A stretch of 64,000 bases of DNA from contig CBDFKD010000002.1 in the NCBI GenBank assembly GCA_965248695.1, forward strand, positions 2,880,001 to 2,944,000, read 5' to 3'. The position numbers and the translations under genes are program-made. The stretch comes from Acidobacteriota bacterium (GTDB lineage Bacteria > Acidobacteriota > UBA890 > WLXD01). The notes under the pieces are model-generated. The model was not told the origin of the DNA. It did not search any database and saw only the letters and a list, made by a program, of their open reading frames with translations. Positions 40,601 through 50,270 of the stretch are shown here, one piece after another. The stretch's first letter is position 1. The number at the start of each line of letters is the position of its first letter.

Positions 40601-42067
40601 ATGAGAACGACCAAGCTGGCTGCATCGGTCCTGATCGTCTCCGCGTCCGTTTCTCTGTGTTCCTGTGCTGTCGAAAGCGCCGATCGCTCATCGACGGATA
40701 CGGTCGTGTCCGAAGCACAGGCACAGGAAGAGGCTGACTTGAGCGAATGGAACGATCGGATTCGGCGGGAGAAGTTCGACACGGTTCTGCCTGAAGTCAT
40801 GCGGAAGAACGATGTCGACATGTGGATTCATGTGATGCGGGAGGCCGTTCCGGATCCGTTCGGTGCCGAAGACCTGGGGAGCACCTCCGGGATTTTCGTC
40901 TTCACGGACCGCGGCGACCGGATCGAACGGGCGGTTCTCGGGCGGCGCTGGGGAGCCTCCCATGCCGGGGAAACCTGGCGGGTGACCTGGGACACCGGGT
41001 CCGTCGAGGAATCCGGCGCCTACGACATACTCCGCGACCCGGTTCTGGTGAAGCAGCCGCCGGGAGGGCCGGAGACCGAATATGACTACCGATTCGAGGG
41101 CCTCGGCGACTTCGTCCAAGCACGCGATCCGGAACGAATCGCGCTGAACTTCAAGCTCGAACTGGGGCCATACCCGACCACGACCAGGGCACAGGACGGC
41201 CTTTCGTACACCGACTACCTCCTGCTGACCGCGGAGATCGGCGAACGATACGCCAGTCGGATCGTCTCGTCGGAATCCGTGATGATGGAGTACATCGCCA
41301 GACCGGTGCCGAGCGAGATCGAGCTGCTCAAGAAAATGCGCGCCGACGAGATTGCACGCATAACGCGCGCGTTCGAGCAGATCGTGCCCGGTGTAACGAA
41401 GAACCGCGACGTCGGGCTGACCGTCTTTCGCCGTCGAGGCGCAGGAGTCTCACAGCGGGGACGGACTCCGGGGCATGAGAACGTGGCGATCGAAGGCGGC
41501 GACATCGTCGCCGCCCCGAGCCAGGGAATGTACGCCTACGTGCTCCGCGACGGAGAGACGGAGCCGCCTCCGGAGATCAAGGAGCTCTGGGCAACGTACC
41601 GCAGGATCGACCAGATCCTGGCCGCGAACATCAAGGTCGGCCTTACCCCGCGTCAGATCGTCGACAACTACACCACCGCGTTCGAAGAAACCGAGATCGT
41701 TCTGCGCGCTGAGCAGTTGCATCTGTTCACTCCGAGAAACGATTTCCCCTCCTATACCGCCGGTTTCGACCCCGACCAGACACATCTCAACATCGACTGC
41801 CATGGCATGGGAAAAGGGGCGCGCGAACGGAAGTTCGAGAACTACTTCGGTCCCCGAATCGGCTCCAACGGTCCCGAGTGGATGTGGGACATACCGCTCC
41901 CACCCAATCACCACTTCGTGCTGGAGTATTTCGTCTACATGCCGTGGCCTTCCAGCGAGCACGACGACCAGTACTTGCTCTGGTGGGACCATGAGCAGGC
42001 GCTTGCCACCGAAAGCGGCGTCGAATACCTGTCCCCGCCGCAAGAAGAGCTCTATCTCATCGACTAG
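40601..42067 (+). CDS. Lipoprotein of the M24 (Xaa-Pro peptidase-like) fold, divergent
   Basis: Cys-containing leader (LCSC), RREKFDTVLPEVMRKNDVDMWIHVMRE, AYVLRDGETEPP, HGMG, LEY, HEQ. Confidence 0.65.
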   Translation: MRTTKLAASVLIVSASVSLCSCAVESADRSSTDTVVSEAQAQEEADLSEWNDRIRREKFDTVLPEVMRKNDVDMWIHVMREAVPDPFGAEDLGSTSGIFVFTDRGDRIERAVLGRRWGASHAGETWRVTWDTGSVEESGAYDILRDPVLVKQPPGGPETEYDYRFEGLGDFVQARDPERIALNFKLELGPYPTTTRAQDGLSYTDYLLLTAEIGERYASRIVSSESVMMEYIARPVPSEIELLKKMRADEIARITRAFEQIVPGVTKNRDVGLTVFRRRGAGVSQRGRTPGHENVAIEGGDIVAAPSQGMYAYVLRDGETEPPPEIKELWATYRRIDQILAANIKVGLTPRQIVDNYTTAFEETEIVLRAEQLHLFTPRNDFPSYTAGFDPDQTHLNIDCHGMGKGARERKFENYFGPRIGSNGPEWMWDIPLPPNHHFVLEYFVYMPWPSSEHDDQYLLWWDHEQALATESGVEYLSPPQEELYLID

Positions 42068-42177
42068 ACGATTCCGTACATCCTCATGATCCGATAGGCT
42101 CCTCGGTACTCGCTGGTCGGGAAACCCCGGCTGAGGAGCTCCTGCATCCTGTTTTCGGCGCCATCGGAGGCGCGACG

Positions 42178-43104
42178 ATGGCGACCGCCAAGCTAGGCAT
42201 ATTCATCGCCCTGGGTTTGGTAACTTCGACCTTCGTCGCCATCTGGGTGCTCGCGGGTCGCAACGCCCGTCGCACCCTGCCGGCGGCGGACCCGGCAGTT
42301 CGCGCCGGATGGCCCGATCTCAAGGAAACCGTCATCGGGGCGGTGGTCGCCTTCTTCGACACCCTCGGCATCGGCTCATTCGCGCCGACAACCGCCGCCT
42401 ACAAGTTCTTCCGCATCGTCCCCGATCGGATCATCCCAGGCACCCTCAACACCGGCGGCAGCCTCACCATCTTCGCGCAGGCGCTCATCTACGTGACCAT
42501 CAGCGAGGTCGACATGACGACGCTGGTGCTGTTGATCGCAGCGGCGACTGTCGGCGCTTGGCTCGGTGCCGGGATCGTTGCCGAGTTACCACGTCGCCGC
42601 ATTCAGGTGGGCATGGGCATCGCCTTGCTCGTGGCAGCCACCCTGATGGTCATGGCGCAATTCGATCTGTTCCCTGTCGGGGGCGAGGCACTCGCTTTCC
42701 ACGGCCCGTTGCTGGCGGCGGCGATGGTCGGCAACTTCATTCTCGGTGCGCTCATGACGCTCGGAATCGGCATGTACGCTCCGTGCATGATCATGGTCAG
42801 CCTCATGGGCTTGGACCCGCGGGCAGCCTTCCCGATCATGATGGGCTCCTGCGCGTTCCTCATGCCGGTGGCGAGCATGAGCTTCGTACGCAAGAACAGC
42901 TACGCGCTGCGCCCGGCGCTGGGCCTGGCGCTCGGCGGCGTCCCGGCGGTGCTCGTCGCCGCCTTCGTCGTCGGCTCGCTGCCGCTGACCGCCATCCGAT
43001 GGTTGGTGGTGGTCGTGGTGATCTACGCTGCGATCGCGATGCTGGTCTCGGCTCGGAATGAGCTCGGAGCGAGCCCTGGGTCAGCCGGAGTAGAGGAAGG
43101 CTAG
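42178..43104 (+). CDS. TauE/SafE (TSUP) family permease
   Basis: FFDTLGIGSFAPTT, IPGTLN, GALMTLGIGMYAP, AFPIMMGSCAFL. Confidence 0.85.
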   Translation: MATAKLGIFIALGLVTSTFVAIWVLAGRNARRTLPAADPAVRAGWPDLKETVIGAVVAFFDTLGIGSFAPTTAAYKFFRIVPDRIIPGTLNTGGSLTIFAQALIYVTISEVDMTTLVLLIAAATVGAWLGAGIVAELPRRRIQVGMGIALLVAATLMVMAQFDLFPVGGEALAFHGPLLAAAMVGNFILGALMTLGIGMYAPCMIMVSLMGLDPRAAFPIMMGSCAFLMPVASMSFVRKNSYALRPALGLALGGVPAVLVAAFVVGSLPLTAIRWLVVVVVIYAAIAMLVSARNELGASPGSAGVEEG

Positions 43105-43109
43105 TGACT

Positions 43110-45125
43110 ATGAAGAAGTCCGACCGTAACTTGGGAATGGACCGGGAGATCACCCGGCGCGACTTTCTGAACGGCACCCGCGCGACGATCGGAGGCGCCG
43201 GTGCGATCGGCGCAGGGGTGCTCTCGGGTGACACGGTGAGCGCGGCGGAGCCGCCCGCGACCTCCTCGGGCCCAACGCACGTTGCGCAGGGCTCGCCGCC
43301 ATCGGACGAGTACTACCCGCCCAAGTTGACCGGGATGCGCGGCAGCCACGAGGGGTCTTTCGAAGTCGCGCACGAGATGCGCTATGGGAAGACCTGGGAC
43401 GAGGCCGAGGACACCGGCGAGAGCTACGACCTGATCGTGGTGGGAGGAGGATTGAGCGGGTTGTCCGCCGCGTGGTTCTTCAAGAAAGCGCTACCTGACT
43501 CGAAGGTGCTGGTGCTCGACAACCACGACGACTTCGGCGGCCACGCCAAGCGCAACGAGTTCATGGTGAACGGCCGCCAGGTGATCGGATTCGGCGGCAC
43601 GATGTCGATCCACGGCGCCAACAGCTACACGTACGAGGCAAAATCGCTGCTGGAGGAGATCGGCATCGACAAACCGCGTTACCTGGCGAGCACCGAGTCG
43701 GACCGCACCCTGTACCGCAGGATGGGTCTGCAGCCGGGCGTCTTCTTCGACCGCGAGACCTTTGGCCAGGATCGCCTGGTGGTTGGGAGACCGCGGCGGA
43801 GCTCCCAGCCGGCCCGGGCGGGCTCGCCCACCTGGGAAGAGTTCCTCGCCAAGACGCCGCTGTCCGACGCTGTCAAGGAGGACATGCTGCAGCTCCACGA
43901 GGGCCAGCGCGACTACCTGCCCGGCCTTTCGCTCGAGGAGAAGAAGCAGCGGCTGCGCAAGATCAGCTATCAGGACTACCTGCTGGAGGTCGTGAAGGCC
44001 GACCCCGGCGTGATCCCCTACTTCATGCGGCGGGGCGACGCCAACGGCTCGGGCGGGATCGACTCCGTTAGCGCCTGGGGCGCCCTACGCGCCGGGTGGT
44101 TCCCGGGGTTCGATGGGCTCGGGCTGGAGCAACCACCGCAGAGCTGGCTCGGCGAGGGAGACGAATTCGGCCCCAGCATCCACTTCCCCGACGGCAACGC
44201 CGCGGTTGCCCGGCTGATCGTCCGATGGCTGATCCCGAAGGCCCTCCCCGGCACGACGATGGAAGACTCGGTGGCGACACCGATCAACTATGCCGCCATC
44301 GACGAGGACGGCAGCCCGGTTCGGATTCGGCTCAACAGCACGGTGGTCAACGCCCGCCACGTCGGCGAGCGCCGCACCGCTAGCGAGGTCGAGGTTACCT
44401 ACGTGCGCGACGGCAAGGCGCACCGCGTGCGTGGCGCCACCTGCGTGATGGCCTGCTACAACGCCATGATCCCCTACCTCTGTCCCGACTTTCCGGAGGA
44501 GCAGAAGGAAGCCCTGCACATGGCCGTTCGCAGGCCGCTGGTCTACACCAGCGTCGTGCTGCGGAACTGGAAGGCTTTCGAGAAGCTCGGCGTTTCGAAC
44601 ATCTACAGCCCAGGCGGATACCACGAGGTCATCGACCTGGACTACGGCCGCAGCCTCGGCGACTACCAGTGTGCGCAGACGCCCGAGGATCCGATGGTTC
44701 TGCATCTGCAGCGCTTCCCCCCCCACCCGGGGTTGCCGGCCCGCGACCAGTTCCGTGCCGGGCGCGAGGAGCTGCAGTCGACCCCGTTCGAGACCTTCGA
44801 GCGCAGTATCCGTGACCAGCTGGGCCGCGCCCTCGCAGAAGGTGGCTTCGATCCGGCCCGCGATATCGAGGCCATCACGGTGAACCGCTGGCCACACGGC
44901 TACGCTGGCGGCGCCAACGATCTGTACGACCCCGAATGGGGATACGACGAGGTTCCCTGGGTACGCGGTCGCCAGCGCTTCGGTCGCATCACGGTGGCCA
45001 ACTCCGACGCTGCCGCCACCAGCCTGACCCATGCCGCCATCGATCAGGCGCACCGAGCGGTCCAGGAGCTGTTGACCGACGTCATCCGCCCCGAGTTTCA
45101 GTATCCGTGGGCGGAGCGAACCTGA
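43110..45125 (+). CDS. Second Tat-exported SpdH-like FAD oxidoreductase
   Basis: ITRRDFL and the same motif set as 21876-23861; ends DVIRPEFQYPWAERT. Confidence 0.88.
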   Translation: MKKSDRNLGMDREITRRDFLNGTRATIGGAGAIGAGVLSGDTVSAAEPPATSSGPTHVAQGSPPSDEYYPPKLTGMRGSHEGSFEVAHEMRYGKTWDEAEDTGESYDLIVVGGGLSGLSAAWFFKKALPDSKVLVLDNHDDFGGHAKRNEFMVNGRQVIGFGGTMSIHGANSYTYEAKSLLEEIGIDKPRYLASTESDRTLYRRMGLQPGVFFDRETFGQDRLVVGRPRRSSQPARAGSPTWEEFLAKTPLSDAVKEDMLQLHEGQRDYLPGLSLEEKKQRLRKISYQDYLLEVVKADPGVIPYFMRRGDANGSGGIDSVSAWGALRAGWFPGFDGLGLEQPPQSWLGEGDEFGPSIHFPDGNAAVARLIVRWLIPKALPGTTMEDSVATPINYAAIDEDGSPVRIRLNSTVVNARHVGERRTASEVEVTYVRDGKAHRVRGATCVMACYNAMIPYLCPDFPEEQKEALHMAVRRPLVYTSVVLRNWKAFEKLGVSNIYSPGGYHEVIDLDYGRSLGDYQCAQTPEDPMVLHLQRFPPHPGLPARDQFRAGREELQSTPFETFERSIRDQLGRALAEGGFDPARDIEAITVNRWPHGYAGGANDLYDPEWGYDEVPWVRGRQRFGRITVANSDAAATSLTHAAIDQAHRAVQELLTDVIRPEFQYPWAERT

Positions 45126-45258
45126 TCTCCGGATCCCGAGCCGCTGTCGGTTTTGTACCTCGGTCCGCCAGGGATGATTGCCGGCGCCGCGTCTTAGCGG
45201 TCGTGGCGGACCGTGACAGGCGTCAACGAAGAATCATCGCCGCGAGCTACGGCATCCC

Positions 45259-46047
45259 CTATGCAGGCGTACACGGTTTCAGCGTGATCCAGATCAGCTC
45301 GATCGGGGTATCACCGGTGTTACCCGAGTTGTGCCCTTCGCTGAAATCGACCGCGTCCATCCAGCCAGCCGAACCCGCCTCGGACGGGTCCGTGCCGATC
45401 CTCTCCTGTCCGTTGCGGCGGCCTGACCAAACGCCGCCTCGAACGTGGACATAGACCTGATCGCCCGGGTGCGAGTGGACTCCTTCCCACTGGCCCGGTT
45501 CGACGATGAACCTCTGGACGACGGCGCGTTCGTTCTCCAGCAGCAACTCGCTGGGGATGTCGGGATAGTACGTACCGACCGAGTGGTTGGAGGTCACCGT
45601 GCAGTCCTTCAGCGTCACCCAGACGAGCTCGATCGGGGTGTCGCCGCTGTTGCCCGATTCGTGATTCTCCTCCTCACCGATCGCACCGTAAAACCCGACG
45701 GACCCGTCTTCCGCCTGGGACACGTTTTCCCGGCCACCTCGTCGGACGGTCCATTCGCCGCCCTTGATGTGGACGTAGATCTGATTGCCGGGATGCGTAT
45801 GCAATCCCTCGAACTCTCCGGGCTCGACTGTGAACTTCTGTACGATGACCTTGTCATTCTCGAGTAAAAGCTCACCCGGAATGTTCGGGTAGTGGACGCC
45901 CGCCTGCTGGCCGGCGAAATTGTCCGTCGGGAGGCCCAACAACAGGCCCGCGGCGAAGAGACAGCTCAAGACTCTGCTCCCGGTGATCCAACGCTGTCGC
46001 CGAACGCGCGAGTGTCGATTGCGTCCGCTTCGAACCGGTACTGGCAT
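45259..46047 (-). CDS. Secreted tandem bicupin
   Basis: Hydrophobic leader and two repeats YP.IP.ELLLEN...EG.H.HPG.Q.YVH..GG.W...H.SGN.GDTPIEL.W.TLK.C; GAGGAGG RBS. Confidence 0.8.
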   Translation of the reverse strand: MPVPVRSGRNRHSRVRRQRWITGSRVLSCLFAAGLLLGLPTDNFAGQQAGVHYPNIPGELLLENDKVIVQKFTVEPGEFEGLHTHPGNQIYVHIKGGEWTVRRGGRENVSQAEDGSVGFYGAIGEEENHESGNSGDTPIELVWVTLKDCTVTSNHSVGTYYPDIPSELLLENERAVVQRFIVEPGQWEGVHSHPGDQVYVHVRGGVWSGRRNGQERIGTDPSEAGSAGWMDAVDFSEGHNSGNTGDTPIELIWITLKPCTPA

Positions 46048-46205
46048 CTCTATTCCTCCTCGGGCTGCCGTCGTCGGAGCACGCGGTGCCGCTCCGGTTA
46101 CGGCGTCTGGGTTCTGGCGGCGGTCGCCAGAGATCGCTGCCGTCCTCTGCAAGTTGTCTCTATCCTAGCTCGGTTCAGCCATGCGTAGCGGGGCCGTCGG
46201 TTTGA

Positions 46206-47651
46206 TCAGGGGTCCGGCGTTCCCGTATCCGCCGCAAGCGATGCGCGGTGCTCACGCACCGCCCGGCCCAGAGGGCCTGCCGCCCAGCTGTCCTGGTATT
46301 GGTGGCGAAGCGGCTCCTGCTCCTTCGGGTCTTTCGCCAAGTTGTAGTAGGCGGGTCGAGTGCGGATGGTGAGGGGCTGCCCGATGCGCTCCATTTCCTT
46401 GTACAGCATCTTCCAGTTGCGCCATTTCGCGCCAACGATCTCGTTGCCTAGGTACAAGACGAGCGACTCGCGGGCTGGCTCGTCAGTCTTGCCCATCAGG
46501 AAGTCGGAATAGTCGGCGCTGTCCATGACCCGGTCGGTCGGCATCTCGGCATTCACGAACGCGGCGAGCGTGGCGTAGACGTCCATCGCGTGGACGATCT
46601 CGTTGGACTTCCGCATGGCGGGGATCTTGCCTGGCCAGCGGATCAGGAACGGCACTCGATAGGCGCCCTCGTAGGTCGTGAAGATGCCGCCTCGCCAGGG
46701 TCCGTTGAAGCCCTCGCGCTCGATGCCGCCATAGCCCCCGTTGTCGGAGGTGAAGATGAAGATGGTGTCGTCTCTCAGGCCCAGCTCGTCGATCGCGTCG
46801 AGCAGGTCGCCCACGTACTCGTCGGTCTGAGCCAGGATGTCGGCGAAGTTCCCGTTGCCCGTTCTTCCCTTGGTGGCGGGGTGGGGATCGTGGGGCGTAT
46901 GCGTCTGCGTGTAGGGCACGTAGGCGAAGAAGGGCCGGCCCTCTCCCGCATTGCGACGAATGAACTCGAGCGTGCGATCGGTGCTCTCGCGATCGATGGT
47001 CGCCCGCCTGGCGCGGTCGTAGACCTCGAGCACCTCGGGCCGCTCGCCTCGAGTCGCCGTCATGACGTGCTGGTAGTCCAGTTCCAGGTCAGCTGGAACC
47101 GAGTTGCTGTCGGGCCAGTGCGCCTCGTTGGAGGAGCGCGGAATCCCCCACCACTCGTCGAACCCCTGATCGGTGGGGAAGCGACCGTCGACCTCGCCCA
47201 AATGCCACTTGCCGAAGATGCCGGTGGCATAGCCGGCGGCGGACAGCATCTCCGGCAGCGTGTACTCCCATTCGGTGAGCCCGTACCACTCGGATCGCGC
47301 GGTGCCGTCCTGCCGGAGCCGCGTGCGCATCGAGTACCGCCCGCTCATCAGCGCCGACCGTGTAGGCGTACATTCGGAGTCGACGTTGTAGTTTGTCAGC
47401 TGAAAGCCCTCATGGGCGATGCTGTCGATACGGGGGGTCGCCGCCCCCCGGATGGCCCCGCCGCCATAGATGCCTGGTTCGCCGTAGCCGAAGTTGTCCA
47501 TCATGACGAGCACGATGTTCGGTTTCTCTGCATTACTCTGCTGCCTGGAGACCCTGGGCTCCGCCGAGTTGCCCGCCGTAGCCAGCAGCGGTAACGCGAT
47601 CAGAATCACCAGCGACACCAGCGTCACCGACAGGCGTGCACGAACACACAT
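46206..47651 (-). CDS. Secreted arylsulfatase (formylglycine type)
   Basis: KPNIVLVMMDN, ECTPTRSALMSGR, GKWHLG, TSDNG, YEGAYRVP. Confidence 0.93.
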   Translation of the reverse strand: MCVRARLSVTLVSLVILIALPLLATAGNSAEPRVSRQQSNAEKPNIVLVMMDNFGYGEPGIYGGGAIRGAATPRIDSIAHEGFQLTNYNVDSECTPTRSALMSGRYSMRTRLRQDGTARSEWYGLTEWEYTLPEMLSAAGYATGIFGKWHLGEVDGRFPTDQGFDEWWGIPRSSNEAHWPDSNSVPADLELDYQHVMTATRGERPEVLEVYDRARRATIDRESTDRTLEFIRRNAGEGRPFFAYVPYTQTHTPHDPHPATKGRTGNGNFADILAQTDEYVGDLLDAIDELGLRDDTIFIFTSDNGGYGGIEREGFNGPWRGGIFTTYEGAYRVPFLIRWPGKIPAMRKSNEIVHAMDVYATLAAFVNAEMPTDRVMDSADYSDFLMGKTDEPARESLVLYLGNEIVGAKWRNWKMLYKEMERIGQPLTIRTRPAYYNLAKDPKEQEPLRHQYQDSWAAGPLGRAVREHRASLAADTGTPDP

Positions 47652-47768
47652 CGAAGCCTCCTTTGATATTTGATAGTCGGAGTTCTCATGCTTGGATCAA
47701 CCGTGATACCGCATAGAGGAAAGCAGGATTCTCCAAGCTGTCAACTCCACTATGGGTCATCGATCTTC

Positions 47769-49292
47769 GTGCGCCGCTCGGTTTCGATGGTGGTAGGTGC
47801 TCTGCTCACCTTGGCAGGGTGTGGCTCGCAACCTCAGGAGCCTCCCCCGCGAGCGTCGGCGTCTGCGCCCGACGATGGCTTGTTGCAATGGGCGCTGCCG
47901 CCGGGAGCCGAGGCTTATGCGTACATCGACGGCAGGCGGCTACACGAGTACGTCGTGGAGCAAGCAGCGATCTCACGCCGCTATCGCGACCAAGGGCATC
48001 CGCGCTTCTGGGGCCGGATCACCGGTACCTCCGGCGACGCCGAGAGCGCCGAGTGGTTGCTCGACAAGTTCCGGGGAATCGGCCTGTCGGATGTGCGCGC
48101 CCAGCCGTTCGACCTTGAGCCACAGTGGATGCCACAGTCGTGGGCAGTCTCGGTCACGGCCGGCGGCGAGACGATGGTGCTCGAATCGGCGCAGCCAGCC
48201 TACGGCGCGAACCCGACACCCGCGCAGGGCCTGGATCTCGAGGTGGTTTACGTGGGGCTGGGCAGCGAGGCAGACTTCGCCGGGCGCGATGTCCGCGGCA
48301 AGGCCGTCCTTACCTTCAGGGCACCGTTGTCGAGCTCGGAAGAAGCGCTGCAACGGGCGGATTCTCGGGGCGCCGCGGCCATTTTCAACGTCCCCATGCT
48401 ACCCGGCAACTTGCGCTACCAGGCGTACCCCTCGGGAACCGATGCGCCGGCGTTGACCCTGGGAAGCGATGACGGCTACGCGGTCCGGGAGCTGATTGCA
48501 CAGGCCTCCAATGGTGCGGCACCACGCGTCACAATCAACCTCGACGTCGAGCGCACGGCGGGCCTCGAGACGGCGCTCGTCTGGGCGACGCTGCCGGGGC
48601 GCACTGACGAGACCATCTACATCATGGCGCACCGCGATGGCTGGTTCGATGCTGCCGGCGACAACGCCTCCGGGGTTGCCTCGATGATCGGCCTGGCGGA
48701 GCACTACGCCGAGATTTCACGAGCCGAGCGACGACGAACGCTAGTATTCGTCGGTTTGGATGGGCATCACAACAGCGGTCCGGGCCAAGGCGTGGGCAGA
48801 ATGTGGATGGTCGACCACCGCGACGAGCTCTTTGCCGAGACGGCTTTGATGATCAACCTCGAACACCCGTCCACGCTGCAGACCACCGTCCGCCCTCGGT
48901 ACCATGGTTCGGTGCTGACAGCCGACGGTCTAAGCTTTCGCGACGGCGACGATATCGTCTGGGCCAACACGTATATGCCGCAGCAGTGGTATGCGGGCGG
49001 ACCCACCCGACCCCGGCTCCAGGCGATCGCCGTCAAGGCGTTTCGCGAGTTTGGAGTCAGCACCTATCTTGAACCGAACCCAGTGCCACCGGCCGGTGAT
49101 CTCGGCCGCTTCTTTCAGTTCGTTCCCGGGCTGGCGACGAGCGAGTTCTACCACTACTTCCACAGCGACCTGGAGACTCCGGAGACGGTGCCGTGGACCG
49201 GGCTCGAGGCCTCGACGCGCGCGCATGCACGGATCATCGACGAGGTGAACAAGCTCGAGCTGAGCGATTTGCAACGACCATCAGAGCCCTGA
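47769..49292 (+). CDS. M28-family peptidase/amidase lipoprotein with a PA domain
   Basis: Lipobox LAGC, PA motif DFAGRDVRGKAV, AHRDGW, GDNASGVA, LEH, FHSD. Confidence 0.82.
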   Translation: MRRSVSMVVGALLTLAGCGSQPQEPPPRASASAPDDGLLQWALPPGAEAYAYIDGRRLHEYVVEQAAISRRYRDQGHPRFWGRITGTSGDAESAEWLLDKFRGIGLSDVRAQPFDLEPQWMPQSWAVSVTAGGETMVLESAQPAYGANPTPAQGLDLEVVYVGLGSEADFAGRDVRGKAVLTFRAPLSSSEEALQRADSRGAAAIFNVPMLPGNLRYQAYPSGTDAPALTLGSDDGYAVRELIAQASNGAAPRVTINLDVERTAGLETALVWATLPGRTDETIYIMAHRDGWFDAAGDNASGVASMIGLAEHYAEISRAERRRTLVFVGLDGHHNSGPGQGVGRMWMVDHRDELFAETALMINLEHPSTLQTTVRPRYHGSVLTADGLSFRDGDDIVWANTYMPQQWYAGGPTRPRLQAIAVKAFREFGVSTYLEPNPVPPAGDLGRFFQFVPGLATSEFYHYFHSDLETPETVPWTGLEASTRAHARIIDEVNKLELSDLQRPSEP

Positions 49293-49325
49293 GGTCGAAT
49301 TCTGTCGAGACAGAGGAGCCTGAAG

Positions 49326-50129
49326 ATGCCATCGGATCGCTGCCCAGAATCGCCCATTCGTAACGCTCTACGCCGACGCGGGACCCTCGCAGCCGCGGCA
49401 ACCATCGGTGGTGTGATGCTTGCCACCTTGATCATCGGGATTCCGGCGATCGGTATCGCCGCACAGCAGGTGGGCGTTTTCTATCCCAACATCCCCGGAG
49501 AGCTGGTGCTCGACAACGAATACGTCGTCGTGCAGCGGTTCATCATCGAGCCAGGTCAGTGGGAGGGGATTCACTCTCACCCGGGAAACCAGATCGCGGT
49601 GCGCATCAAGGGTGGCCTTTGGGCCGGACGCCGAGGCGGCGTCGAGGTATACCGAATGACCGAGCCCACCGAGGATGGCTCCGTCGGATGGACGGACGCC
49701 ATCGATATCTCCGAGCAGCACGAATCCGGCAACGTCGGAGATACGCCGATCGACCTCATCTGGATCACCCTGAAACGCTGCGCGCCGGTGTCGAACCAGG
49801 CCGTCGGTCAGGTCTACCCGGACGTTCCCGCCGAGGTGCTCCTGGAGAACGATCGCGTCGTCGTGCAGCGATTCGTTACCCAGCCGGGTCAATGGCAGGG
49901 AGTCCATTCCCACCCCGGCAGCCAGGTCTTCGTCCACACCAAGGGGGGCGAATGGACCATCCGCACAGGTGATCGAGAGACCGTCTCGTATTCCGAGACC
50001 GGTTCGGCCGGCTGGTGGCAGCGCGTCGACATGAGCGAAGCGCACGATACGGCCAACTCCGGCGATACGCCCATCGAGCACATCCTGATCAACCTCAAAC
50101 CGTGCGCATCGCTCGATAGCGGCCGCTAG
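49326..50129 (+). CDS. Secreted tandem bicupin (paralog of 45259-46047)
   Basis: Two repeats with EGIHSHPGNQ / QGVHSHPGSQ and GDTPI...LK.C. Confidence 0.8.
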   Translation: MPSDRCPESPIRNALRRRGTLAAAATIGGVMLATLIIGIPAIGIAAQQVGVFYPNIPGELVLDNEYVVVQRFIIEPGQWEGIHSHPGNQIAVRIKGGLWAGRRGGVEVYRMTEPTEDGSVGWTDAIDISEQHESGNVGDTPIDLIWITLKRCAPVSNQAVGQVYPDVPAEVLLENDRVVVQRFVTQPGQWQGVHSHPGSQVFVHTKGGEWTIRTGDRETVSYSETGSAGWWQRVDMSEAHDTANSGDTPIEHILINLKPCASLDSGR

Positions 50130-50270
50130 GAGACCGATCGCCAGCGCTTCTTGCGGTCGCCCCTCACCCGAACCTACGTCTTGCCGAGGTTGTTTCCTTC
50201 GAACCGAGCTCCACCCCTGCGATCGAAACTGGTTCGCTCACCCCCCGTCAGCCGGTACTCGGGAGCCGAA

